Origin: Callorhinchus milii
Taxonomy: Eukaryota
Reading direction: 5' to 3'
Length of the DNA stretch: 64,000 nucleotides
NCBI RefSeq assembly: GCF_018977255.1
Contig: NW_024704743.1
Coordinates: 47,618,001-47,682,000 of the forward strand
Positions 24,870 through 36,917 of this stretch are shown here, piece after piece (the first letter of the stretch is position 1; the number at the start of each line of letters is the position of its first letter). A program made the position numbers and the translations under genes. The notes beneath the pieces were generated by a model, which saw only the letters and a program-made list of their open reading frames with translations, made no database searches and had not been told where the DNA came from.

Positions 24870-25075
24870 AGATTTCCTGCTCAGGCTATATAGTGCTCTG
24901 ATCTGGCCGTACCTTCACAAACAGTGAACAAAGTTCCATGACATAAGGTTGTAGCCAGGCTCTAGAAAATACCAACACATCTGTTTTCTAGTGTTAGTGG
25001 AATTAATCATGAGAAATAATAATTAGGAAAACTTGGGCTCTTCAGCATTGAAAATAGGGATCTGAGAGTTGAGCT
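24870..25075 (+). mobile_element. Highly decayed CR1 fragment
   Basis: ctcaggctatatagtgctctgatctggccgtacctt (LYSALIWPYL) and aaacttgggctcttcagcattgaaaataggg (KLGLFSIENR). Confidence 0.5.
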
Positions 25076-26939
25076 TCTAATATTTGTCCTTTTCCAAGAC
25101 TTTTGTTGTATAATTTTTTGGAGGGAGTAAAATTCCCACTAGATCTTCTATTAATTTATTCTGTTGAAAAGTGAGTCACTCTTTTTTATATCTTGATAGA
25201 ACATAGGTGGGGGGTGGGTGGTGGCATAGTTTACCGTGATTTCATAGTTTAGGCTGACATTCCTGTGCAATCATCGAGTGCTCCTCATTATGGAACCTTA
25301 CTGTTGCAAATAAATGGCTGTCATATTTACCTACAAACGAAAAGCACTATGTTTGAAAGCAATTGCTTGTGAAGCACTTTGAGACATTTTGACATAAGGG
25401 TTAGGAAAGTGCAAGTTCTTTTGCCAAAATGAGCTTGCTCTCTCATGGAAATGTATAGCTTTAATGGGACAGAATATATTGAGAGCAAGTGGGATAACCT
25501 TGAGTTCAATACTTGAATTCCTAGAATCTATGGCATTAGTTTTAATGAGACAATCCTAGTTATTTTGCATGCTGAAAAGTCTAGAAGCTCTAGGGAAAGG
25601 AAATTTTCTTTTCAGGGGAGGGGCAGGGGGAGAGGGTAATATGTCCATGTGGATAGATAATATATTTTACATAAAAACTCAGGAGGGAATTTGAAACTAA
25701 ATGGCAAACACATGATGACAAGATGAAGAAAGCAGATGTGGAGTGGAGGAGAATTCGGTTAACACTCCACCACCAATGGCCTGCATCCAAATCCGCACTG
25801 ACATGAAACCCATTACTGATGTGGATCGTGACTAGAAGCATGCTTGCTGAGCACTCAGAATAGAATTAGCAGACATATTTTGTGTTTGGAGTGCAATAAC
25901 ATTGTTGGATAAGTTGGAGGAACTGACCTGGTTATGTTGGGTGCTGTTAAGTATGTCAGCTGTTCAGCAGAGGGTTTTTGGGGAGGGGCGGGGATTCAAC
26001 CTCACATCTCCATGTGTGGCAGACTTTTAAAATCAAAAAACACAATTTGAAATGGATGTGAAACTAAATCCTTCTCAAACTGCTTCATGTAATTTCTGTG
26101 AAATGTAGTGACTTTTTGTTGACAAACAGCAACTGTTTGCAGCAGCAAATTTCCACAAATAATAGCACTCTCCAAGGAAAATACTGCACAACCTCTTGTT
26201 TCTTCCCCTTCCCCCACCACCACAAAATTAGAGAGGGCCTGTTAAATCCAGAGGCAGTCAGTAGGCCTGTTAAAACACATAGGACTTCAATTAGTACTGT
26301 GACTAAACATATCAGTATTGCTGGGGAGGGCTGCTCTCACTCTTAGATATGATTCCTGCCATCTGCAACTCAGCACTGGTTGCTGTAGTTTAAAATCTTA
26401 AGTTATAGTGTGTAACAGATGTAAGCTGTCTGACAATTATAGCTGTTTCATTACTTCTCTAGTTTTACACAGATTTCTGGAATCCTGTCTAGTTCTGTCT
26501 GTTTGCCCTAGTGTTCGTAATAGGAATTTGATGAACATGAATGTGTTCAATCATACATTAAAATACTATTCAAATGCATTAAAATATATAATGCATAATC
26601 TCTCATTCCAGTTTAGATTTCACTTGCATATCCTGTTGCAATTTGAGATGTAGCTTAGTTTGGCTCCCCCAGTATAACATGCATCTCCAACTCCAATCCC
26701 AGACTTGTGTGCTCGAGAGCAGATGCACAATACCGGCCTCTCGGTTCACTGCCAGATGTGGCTCGAACGCCTTTGAGCCGACTGCTTCTCCCTCACAAAA
26801 ATGCAGTCTACTACAAGGCTCTGAGTTTAAAAATAATCGCAAATTCCTGTTTTCACCACAGCTCTCCTCTGCAACCCCCTTAAGGACACTTGATCGTCAC
26901 CTAAAGTGCAAAAATATCAGACATCAGGGCCATGATGAG

Positions 26940-29930
26940 CGCTAATGTGGGCAAGATGGAAGGTATCCTTCTTGGTTCCCATCAACACCTTCTCATCTGC
27001 GGCTCTGACCTTCTTAACTTCCCTGGCCAATCTATCAGACTCATTGAATTTGTGTGCATCCTAGGCGTCAGGTTTGATCCCTAACTGTCCTTGCTACCTC
27101 ACAACTGACCTCACCTCAACCTTCACGGTTCTGTCCTTGACTGGTTCAGGTCGTACCTCTCACACCACCTCCACTTTGTCTCCACAATTGGTTTCTCCTC
27201 TATCCTCCGCACCATCTCGTGCGGCGTTCCTCAGGGCTCTGTCCTTGGTCCCCTCCTCTTCAATATCTATATGCTCCCACTTGATGACATCATCCGCAGA
27301 CATGAGGTCAACTTCCACATGTATGCGGATGACGCCCAATTGTACCTCTCTGCCTCTGCCCTTGACTCCAGGACCACGGCTGTGCTGACAGAATGTCTGT
27401 CAGACATCAAGTCCTGGATGAGAGATAACGTTCTTCAGTTGAACGTCAACAAGGCTGAGGCTCTCCTGATTGGCTCAGTCAGTGCCTCCTCACCTCAGCG
27501 CTGACAGCATCGTCCTCCATGGTTGCACACTCCACCTTACTAAGCCGGTCCGGAACTTTGGGGTCTTGTTTGACCCTCAACTATACTTTCTACCCCATAT
27601 CTGCGCCATGACCCACTCTGCCTTCCCCCACCTCCGCAACGTCACCCGGCTCTGACACTGTCTCACATCACAGGCCGCTGAAACCCTCATATATGCTTTC
27701 ATTACATTGAGGCTTAACTATGCAAACTCATTGCTTGTCAGCCTCCCCAACTTCTCCCTTCACAGGCTGCAGATCATCCAGAACTCTGCAGCCCGTGTCC
27801 TCTGCCGCACCAGGCTCCGTGACCCTATCATCCCCATCTTTGCCCGGCTCCACTGGCTTCCTGTCACTCAGAGGATACAGTTCAAGATCTTGGTTCTCAC
27901 CTTCAAAGTCCTCCATGGTCTTGCTGCCCCCTACCTCTGCAATCTCCTAGCCCCCTACCATCCTGCTCGCTCCCTCCACTCAGCAGGCTCCGGCCTGCTT
28001 CATATCCCCTGCCTCGCTCGCCCCACTATTTGCGGGCGGTCCTTCTGCCACTCTGCCCCCACCCTCTGTAACTCCATCCTGCAGTCCCCCCACCTCGCCC
28101 CTTCCCTTGCCTCCTTTAAGATCCATCTCAAGACCCTCCTCTTCCATCTCCCAGCTTCTCAAAAATTGACAACATCCACCTGGCAGCTTCATCCCTCTAC
28201 CCCCGCTCCTTAAAAAATTATATCATCCACAGACACAGGTTAACTTCCACATGTATGCGGATGACACTCTACTTTTCCACCTCCAGCTGCGACCCCCAGT
28301 TCCCTGATATTCTGTCAGCTTGTGTGTCAGACATCAGGAGCTGGATGAGCGCAAATTTCCTTTTAAACGTCAACAAGACGAAAGCCATACTCTTTGGCTC
28401 TCGCCAACGTCTTCTGTTCCACGGTTCTAACCTCCTCAACCTACCTGACCTGTCCTTAAAACTCTTTGAACCTGTGCGCAACTTAGGCATCAGGTTGGAT
28501 CCCCAGTTATCCTTCCTCCCCCACATCCGGTCCCTGACCAGCACCGCTTTCTTCCACCTCCACCACATTGCGCATCTCCGATAATACCTCACTTCAAAAG
28601 CTGCCAAAACTCTTGTCCACGTCTTTGTCACCTCTTGGCTGGACTACTCTAACGCCCTCCTCACCTGTCTCCCCTCCTCCATTATTCACAAAATCCAGCT
28701 CATTCAAAACTCCACCACCTGCATTCTCACCCGCACCAAACTTCATACCCTGATTACCCCAGTCCTTAGCAAACTCCACTGGCTTCCTGTCACAGAACGG
28801 ATCGACTTCAAGATCCTCACTCTAGTGTTTAAATCCCTGAAAGCCTTCGCACCCCCTATCTCTCTAACCTCCTCTCTCCCCACAGCAGAACCTGCTGCCT
28901 CTGCTCTACTGGGTCCGGCCTCTTCCTCATCCCCCGAATCCTCCGCTCTCATCATCGACGGCCGTGTCTTTAGCCCCGAAACTTTGGAACTCCCTCCCTC
29001 AATCCCTTCGCCTCACCCCCTCCTTCCCCATCTTCGGATCGCGTCTGAAGACCTTCCTTTTCGAACTACGGTCACCTTCCCCCTCTCGGCTTTGGGCCAC
29101 ATCATTGTTAAGCACTCTGAGATGCTGCCCGGCAAAGTGCAAGTTGTTGTTGTTTTCCCCTGCCTTCCACCCTCCCCGATCCCGACCCCAGCTTGGGTCT
29201 GAAACTCTGTTTATCTAGCGCTTTGGGACGTCCTCCCAACATGAAAGGCATTTTGCCCACAAATATACAGTCAATTCACTTTACAGCATATTCTGTGAAG
29301 CGCTTTGAGATGTCTAGAAGACGTGAAAAGCGCTATATCAAATGCAAGGATGATTATTATTATTACAAATGTAATTTTTTTGTTGTTGTTGATCCTTGAT
29401 CAAATTGCTTTCATCCATCTCCGCCACATTGCTCGTCTTCAACGATACCTCACACCGTTATCCAAGCTTTTGTCACCTCTTAACCATTTTTTTCCTATGC
29501 CCACCTCGCCAGTTCCTCAGCTCCATAACTCATTAAATCCAATTCAATCAAAACTCCGTCGCCTGTACTGTCACCCATACCAACATCACACCTCCATCGC
29601 ACCAGTCCTTGCCAGGCTCCCTATTGCAGAATGCATCGATTTCAATACCTGAGCACTTCCCCACCCCTCCAACCTGCTTGCATCCTACTCCTCTAACCAC
29701 CCCTTCACTCAGCTGGCTCCTCCTGCGTCCCTCACCTCCTCCGCTCCACCAGCGACAGCCGTGCTTTCAGCTACTACGCCCCCAAACTGTGGAACTCCCT
29801 GCCTAAATCCCTCTGCCTTGCCCCCTCCTTACCCCTCTTCAACCATTCCCACAATCACCTCTCCTCTCTCCCAGTTCGGCATCAAGCTCTGCTACTGTTA
29901 AGCACTCTTGAGATGCTAGCCTGGGTGAAT
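26940..29930 (+). mobile_element. Stack of co-oriented L2 fragments (a: ~27100-28150; b: ~28215-29160; further pieces at 26940-27100, 29160-29390, 29400-29930) with a SINE tail at ~29253-29365
   Basis: Two YADD regions (HMYADDAQLY at ~27320; hmyadd at ~28250), two RLHWLP/KLHWLP segments, several tails. Confidence 0.9.
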
Positions 29931-30179
29931 AAAAGTGCACAAAATGTAAATGTAATTTGCAACAAGTTTTAACTCCATTCCTTATGAAGTAAATTTAATC
30001 TAGTGGAGACGCTCTAGCAACTTCCAGTTATCAGAACAATCCTCTATTTGCATGATTTGGAATGTTACTAAAAATACACAAAATTACACTTCCTTAAAGG
30101 AATTTATTACAAAATTACACTACATTAAATTAATTATACAGCTTAATTTTCTATTTATAATAGAAAGTAATTTATTTTT

Positions 30180-30523
30180 ATAATAATAACAATCCTTGCA
30201 TTTGATATAGCACCTTATCACGTCTTCGAGATGCCTTAAAGCGCTTCACAGAATATACTGTTAAGTAAATTGACTGTATATTTTGTGGAAACGCGACAGC
30301 CAATTGTGCACAGCAGTGTCGCACAAACAGTCATGGATTAAGTGACCAAATTTTTTTTAAGGGATTATTACCCCCGGAAAAGCGATCCACCAATCGACTA
30401 ACAACTGGGTTCCTACTTACTGTAGGTAAACAGGCGTGTGGAGTAAGGAAATTTGCCCAAGGTTTTTCCCTGCCCGGGAATCGAACCTAGGTCCTCTAGC
30501 TTGCGAGGCAAGTACAGGATTCA
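30180..30523 (-). mobile_element. tRNA-Ala-headed SINE, long variant, with a deletion in the head
   Basis: Colinear with 5344-5701. Confidence 0.88.
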
Positions 30524-31169
30524 TACTCATCCTCTTCTCATCCATGAAGATACCAGTTAGCTTAGTTTAATTTTACTCCAGTTGTTTTTCCTTCAGGAGC
30601 TATATATATCTTAAATAATTCTTCAGTGTTTGTGTTAAGGCAGGACCTAACTCATGTCTGATTCTGAATAACATTTATAAAATGCTCAAATTTTCCTATC
30701 GTGAATTACAATTTTGACATTTGCTATATAATATAGTTCATAATTTTAAAGTAACTTGCTGCTTTGCAGGATATTGGCTTCAAGCTGTTGCAACTGAAAA
30801 CACACTCAGTAATCAATGGATCAAAATCAATGCTGTTGATACCATATGTGTTAGTTAGAATAGCTCTTTTACCTGCATCAGTGTTGACCAACAGGAGGCC
30901 CAGGGGCCGCATCCGGCCCGGGGATGATTTCATCCGGCACAACACCATTTCCAACTTCAGGTCGCCTGCACACTCCCTTCCCGGTGAATGGTCTTCTCAT
31001 GGCAGCGGCAGAAGCCGGTGCTTGGGAGGACGCAGCGTGGGGAGGGAGTGGAAATAATGCTGGCCGTCACTGCAGTCTGTCAGGAAGGCAAACGCGTCTC
31101 ATTATCCACTGCGTCCTTAGCCACCTCCAACTTCTGCCACTGCAGATCGTGCCTGCACAGCTGATTGAA

Positions 31170-31881
31170 AGAGAGGGAGAGAGAGTGGTTGAGAGAGTGG
31201 AGGGAGGAAAGAGTGGTTGAGATGGGGGAGGAGGAGAGAGGAAGGGGATAGAGGGCGAGAGAGAATGGTTGAGATAGGGTAGGAGGAAAGAGGGCGGGAG
31301 AGAGGGTGGTTGAGATAGGGGAGGGGAGAAAGGAGAGAGAGGGTGGTTGAGATGGGGAGGGGAGGAGAGAAGGGGAGAGAAAGGAGGGAGAAAGCGGGAA
31401 GAGAGAATGGTTAAGAGGCGAGGGGGAGAGATAGAGAGGGGGGAGATAGTGAGGGGGAAGAAAGTAAGTGATTGAGGGGATAAAGAGAGTGATTGGCAGA
31501 GAGAGAGAGAGGGATGAAGCAAAGAGAGTGATTGATAGTGTGAGAGGGGAGAGAGTGTGTGTGTGTGGGAGAGAGGGATAGCGAGAGAGAGTAATTGGGA
31601 GAGATAGTATGTGAGAGAGGTGGACAAGTTGGGACTGTGATTGAGAGACAGGAGATAGAGAGTGTGAGAGGGGTCAGAGAGAAAGTGATTGATAGAGAGT
31701 GTGAGAGGAGAGAGAGAATGTGTGCAGGAGAGAGGAGTAGTGAGAGAGAGTAATTGAGAGTGGGGAGACAGTGCGTGAGACAGAAAGAGAGAGGAGAGAG
31801 TGATTGAGAGAGAGGGCTGAGAGTGATTCAGAGAGAGCATAAGGGAGAGAGGGCGAGAGAGAAACAAGGAGTGAGAGAAAG

Positions 31882-31913
<32 letters not shown>

Positions 31914-31930
31914 GGGGGGAGAGAATTGAG
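31170..31930 (+). repeat. Purine-rich degenerate minisatellite and (GA)n tract inside the hAT element
   Basis: Recurring gagagagtggttgaga, gagagtgattga and gagagtaattg units, ending in (GA)n. Confidence 0.9.
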
Positions 31931-32069
31931 GGCAGATTTTCGTGGTTCACTGTAAGGAGCTTCCATTGGCCCCCGCAGGGGGAACCGAAGACAGACACAG
32001 AGCAACATGCAGTTTCCTCACAGAAAGCTCCCTTTTTCCCAGTGAGAAACTACTCTATGCCCATCATTT

Positions 32070-32340
32070 CCCCCCACCACTCTACCTCTGCTACCTCCCA
32101 ATCCAGCCGTCCCCTTTGCCCAGCAAACACCAGCTTGCTTCATGTTTCCCCACCCCATCTGCCCCACCATCACCATTTCGCCCCTGCTATCAAGAGCTCC
32201 ATTCCTGGAATCCGACTCGCGCCCTCCCTCCCCTTTCGAGGCCATAAGAACTAATTCTGACTGCGCTTTCGGTCATCTTTTCCCCTCCCCATCCCACCTC
32301 CCTTCCGACATGAAAAGGGCTCTGCGTAAATGTTGTTATG
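32070..32340 (+). mobile_element. L2 3' fragment nested in the hAT element
   Basis: ccctccctcccctttcgaggcc...ctccttccgacatgaaaagggctctgcgtaaatgttgtt. Confidence 0.65.
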
Positions 32341-33082
32341 TTTCTGGAAGGGAAACACAAAAATATTTCTTATGTGGCCCGCGGATCTTTCTCAAATAGG
32401 GAATCTGCCCACGCAGCTGAAAGCTTGGACCACCCTGACCTACATGATGTAGTTTAAAAAAACAATAATCTGCACTTACGCTTGATTTTGTAGTTGTAAA
32501 ATTGGGTAAAAATTCTGATGTAATATGATAATTAGCACCAGTGATTGCAATCCAGTCAATCACTAATTAAAGACTGGCTGCATATATGAAGCCCACTTCT
32601 CATGACTTCAACATCATTGTTGGGCTTGTAGCTGACTCAAGACATTTGGCGCCTGCCATTGGAATTGGCAGACTTAGAGCGAGATGCTGCTTTGCAGGAT
32701 ATTGGCTTAAAGCTGTTGCAGTTTTCATCCCAGTGTTGCAGATGTCATCTCCTGAAATTGTATGGTGCACCAATACTCAATAGGTCAACTAAAAATAAAA
32801 ATGCATTCTATCATCTTACCTAGCTTTTTATATTCTGATTACTAAGCTGCTTTTCAGCTTTTAATGTCAGTCAAATTAATCATTTTGAAAGGTTTCAATA
32901 AAGATTTGACTGTAGAGCGTAAAAACTTACAGAAATTAAAATTTCAATTATTTTTATTCATTATCAGTTAAGAAATTGGTTGATACTGTAATGGGAATGA
33001 TGTAAATGATAGTTATTCTGCAAGGATGAGATCAACTCAAATTCTGTGCTGATTAATTCTTAAAACCGCTGCTTAAAAAGCA

Positions 33083-33536
33083 AAATAATCCTTTCATTTG
33101 ATGCAGCGTGTTACACATTAGGAGGACGTCTCAAAACACTTCACAGGATGAAGTACTATGAAGTTCAGTGACCGTGTATTTTTCAATGACTGTATTTTGT
33201 AGGCAAGTGCGGCAACTAATTTGTGTACAGCAATGTCCCACAAACAACCATGAGGTAAATAATCAATTGTATTTGGGGATTGTTGGTCAGGACACCGGTA
33301 GAATCTTCCTTCTCATTTTAGTAGTCCCGTGGGAACTTTTATGTACCCTTGAACAGCAGATGGAACTTTGTTTAATGTCTCATCCGAAGGATGACATCTC
33401 CATCAATGCAAAACAGCCCCAATGCTACATTGGAGTTGCAGCCTAAAGTACGTGAATTCCTAGTCCTGACATGGGGCTTCAAACCACAACCTTCTGACTC
33501 TGAGTCGAGAGATCTACTTACTTTGCAGGCTGACGC
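33083..33536 (-). mobile_element. Deu-domain SINE (SacSINE1/AmnSINE1-related), full length
   Basis: Minus strand ...ccttcggatgagacattaaac...ttcccacgggactact...ggtgtcctgaccaacaatcccc (Deu-domain motifs), tRNA-like head and shared tail. Confidence 0.8.
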
Positions 33537-35059
33537 GCAAATGTAGAGATGTAATTATTTTAAGCAAACATTTAATTTTAAGTGCCATTAGTTGTCCAGA
33601 GAAATTGTACTGGAACAGATATTGATTATTGTTGCACCAAGATAACATTCCTTTCATTGTGCAATGCAATAAACTGTTTTGTGGTTTAATACATTAAGAC
33701 TGTCAAGTGAAGAAACGTCAGCTGAATTATAGTTTTGTAACACTCGGGCAGCTATCAGTTCTTATATTTATTTGATTGCAAAAATCTCTTCAATCGTGGT
33801 ATAAATGAAGAATATATCACAACCAAAACTGAATTATGATCTGTCTCAGGATGTAGATGCTTGGCCCAGCACAATGATGGCTGTAATGCTTATAATGTTT
33901 TTATCTAGGGGAAGAAAAAAATGTGAGATTCTCAGAAAATCAGTTTGTCATTATGTTGTGCTTGTGGAAATGTGCCTTTTTTTCTTAAAATCCATTTTCT
34001 TTTTGCTGTCTGCCTCTAATTAATTCTTTTTCACATTTTCTGAGTAGGGGGGAACTTGAATATACTTTGCCCTATATTTAATTAAATAATCTTGACATTC
34101 CGTTTACATTTTCATTTGGAATAGTTTTTAAGAAAATGGAAACAATTTAATGCGGTCCTGAAAATTTTAGTGTACATTCCTTCATTCTGATTCCTTTGTA
34201 GAATCAGCAAATGTGATTGATTTTGCCTGCTGCATATGTTATCTTTGATTATGCGAAACAAGGTCTTGGGCACTGCTGGTATATGGATGTCTCAGCATGA
34301 AACTTTTCTTGGTTGGAAGTTGGTTCACTAAAGTACAGCTTGCAGCGGCTGCATAAAAATATTTTGCACTACGCAGTTAATTTAATAAGTTACTGTGTAC
34401 AATTTTTAACATGACTCAAATTTGTCATTTTATTTCTATAGAAATTGTTCAGTGCAGAAATAAACTTTTTATTGTTTTGTTTAACTTTGCTGATTTGTTA
34501 GTACTAGTTTGCAGGACTATAAAGATAATTGAAGAAATGACACCAGCAGATTGTAAGGAAGTGCATATTCAGCTAAATAATCTTCCTTCAATTTTGTATT
34601 TTATTCAAAGATCTTATGTACTTGAGACATAAATGAGAATCGACTTCAGGTAGTAAATGCAAATTCATGTTGAGCTCTGGTCACAATTTACAAAAACATT
34701 TTAAATGCAAACAGGTCGAATCAGTATTTTCCATGAGAGACAACATTTGGCCATTGATGTATAGAAGATTTTTTTAAAAATGGATAGGTTTATGTGTATA
34801 AGTTATTGGTATGTGTTTTAATTTATTGGCACACAGCACTTCTGAATGATGGAAACTTGACTTAAACCATTTCAAGAATAATTGTGCACTGGAAATTCTA
34901 AAGCAGACAGGAAAAATTACAGCTATAAATGTTTTCATCAAAAATGCAAACAAAGGATTGAAATTTGCCTCCAAACATTCTGAAGGTATATTGATGACAA
35001 AAATGTTTTAAAATTTTAGCAGATGGCAAAGTACTGACTATCCATTTAACTGGACACCA

Positions 35060-35370
35060 TGGAGTCCTGTAGCTCAGTGGTTAGAGCACTCGCCTCGCAA
35101 GCGAGAGAACTGGGTTCGATTCCCGGGAGGGTGAAACCTTGGGCAAGTTTCCTTACTCCACACGTCTGATAATAATCTCTCAAGGAAAAAAAAACAATAA
35201 TAAATTGGTCACTTCAATCCACGACTGTTTGTGGGACACTGCTGTGTGCAATTGGCTACAATATTTCGCCCACAAATATACAGTCGATTCACTTTACAGT
35301 ATATTCTGTGAAGGGCTTTGAGATGTCTCGAAGACGTGAAAAGCGCTATATCAAATGAAAGGATTATTAT
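35060..35370 (+). mobile_element. tRNA-Ala-headed SINE, short variant
   Basis: A box tagctcagtgg, anticodon arm ctcgc-ctCGCaa-gcgag, B box ggttcgattcc, shared tail ending ggattattat. Confidence 0.92.
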
Positions 35371-35789
35371 AACTGATTCTTGCATTATTACAGCAAAGAA
35401 AAATATTTGAAAATTGAGTTTGTGATCATTCTCCGGCACAATTGTCTCCTTTTAGTTTGTTCTGTAGTGCATAGTGAATAAAATCTGAGATTACTTCTTT
35501 TTGAATGAAAGAGAGAAAGAACCGTGTAATAATTTTAGTTCTGTGGCAAAAATATGCTTTGAATAAATGCTGCAATAAGATTTCTGTAAGCTTGTAATGT
35601 GAGGTGACAACCGGATTTGATCCTGTGTAATTTAATTCAGAAATCTTAATTTAAATAGGTTAATATTAGAACATTCATTGGTAGAAAGACCTCTTTTTGC
35701 TAAAATAAGTTTGATAATGATTTTGAAATGTGAATGTATACTACTTGTATAATATATATAAAAAACAATGTTATGGAATATATATAATA

Positions 35790-35885
35790 TATAATAAGAA
35801 TCCTTGCGTTTTGATATCACGTCATCGAGACATCTCAAAGCACTTCATAGGATATAGTGTAAAGTGGATTGATTGTGTGTTTTGT
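35790..35885 (-). mobile_element. SINE 3' tail
   Basis: aatccttgcgttttgatatcacgtcatcgagacatctcaaagcacttcatagg. Confidence 0.7.
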
Positions 35886-36271
35886 GTGTGTGTGTCTATA
35901 TGTATATAGTACTGTAACCCGACTGCCCTACAGAAAGTCAAACACAGCTTATTGTATTTCCATAATTTTCTATCTTAGTTTTTTAATTATTTTTAGGCAC
36001 TGGGACATTTCTGTGGTTTGCTGCCCCTGAAATGTTTTATCTTTATAACATCTCTTTACTGAAGGGATAGAGGTAGAATAATGTCATTTAGAAGCAACAT
36101 GTCTAGCAGTTCTGCATTAGGTGCAAAGCCTGATTTGCTCATCAGATGCATGTCTCTTTCCACTGGCCGGTCAGTGCAGTATTTATTGTTCTGTATATCT
36201 GTTTTCCTAACAGGACAGGAGCTAGAACATGATGACCCTAATAATTTTAAATTCCCAGCTGAACAAGCCTC

Positions 36272-36755
36272 ATAATAATAATAATAATCCGAGGATTTAA
36301 TATAGTGACTATTCACGTCGTCAATACGTCTCAATGCTTCACGTGATATACAGTAAAGTAATTTGATTGTCTTACGTGGTAGTCAGTTGCACACAGCAAT
36401 GTCCCACAAACAGCGGTGGAGTGAGTGATCGATTTTATTTGGGGGATTGTTGGTCAGGACGCTGGGAGAAACTCCGTCCCCTTTCGAGTAGTGCCATGGG
36501 ATTTTTGCATTTTCCCTGAACAGGCAGATGGGATCTCGGTTTAACGTCCCAATTCGAAGGTTGGCACTTGCCCTCCAACAATATAAAACCCTTGCTCTCA
36601 TTGGAGTTTCAAGTGCTCTGACGCCAAAGGGTGCTGTATAAATGCAAGTTATTGTCGTAGCTTATACTATGTGATTCCAAGTTTCGATGTGGGGTTTGAA
36701 CCCACAAACTTGTGACTCAGGGGCAAGAGTGCTGCCACTGAGCCAGGCTGACACA
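36272..36755 (-). mobile_element. Deu-domain SINE, with a small plus-strand L2 tail inserted at ~36612-36658
   Basis: Minus strand gtgtcagcctggctcagtggcagcactcttgcc...gggttcaaacccc; gggacgttaaaccgagatcccatctgcctgttcagg...aatcccatggcactactcg. Confidence 0.88.
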
Positions 36756-36917
36756 AACAAACAATAATAATATTAAATCCTAACAATATTAAAGCAGCCT
36801 AATGAAATGTGGAAATTATTGGTGACAATAAGGCTGAAGGTTGGCAAGTTTCAACCCGGTGGTTCAGCAGGTCCTGCAACAAGCCATGGGAACATTATGG
36901 GGAGCATCAAAGAGGCC

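Larger units (their letters stand above)
30879..32437. mobile_element. Non-autonomous hAT (Charlie/MER58-like) DNA transposon
   Basis: TIRs CAGTGTTGACCAA and (reverse complement) CAGGGTGGTCCAA match 10/13; 8-bp TSD acctgcat (30871-30878) and acctacat (32438-32445); subterminal ggccgcatccggcccg and tggcccgcgg motifs. Confidence 0.85.

Noticed and set aside
25615..25637. G-quadruplex motif ggggaggggcagggggagaggg
   Set aside because: Isolated and common in vertebrate DNA; no supporting context
31067..32008. 313-aa ORF, the longest in the track
   Set aside because: Artefact of the C/T-rich strand of the purine minisatellite (S/L/P/H low complexity)
35060..35135. tRNA-Ala gene
   Set aside because: D, anticodon and T arms are present but the acceptor stem does not pair cleanly, and it continues into a SINE body seen in several copies
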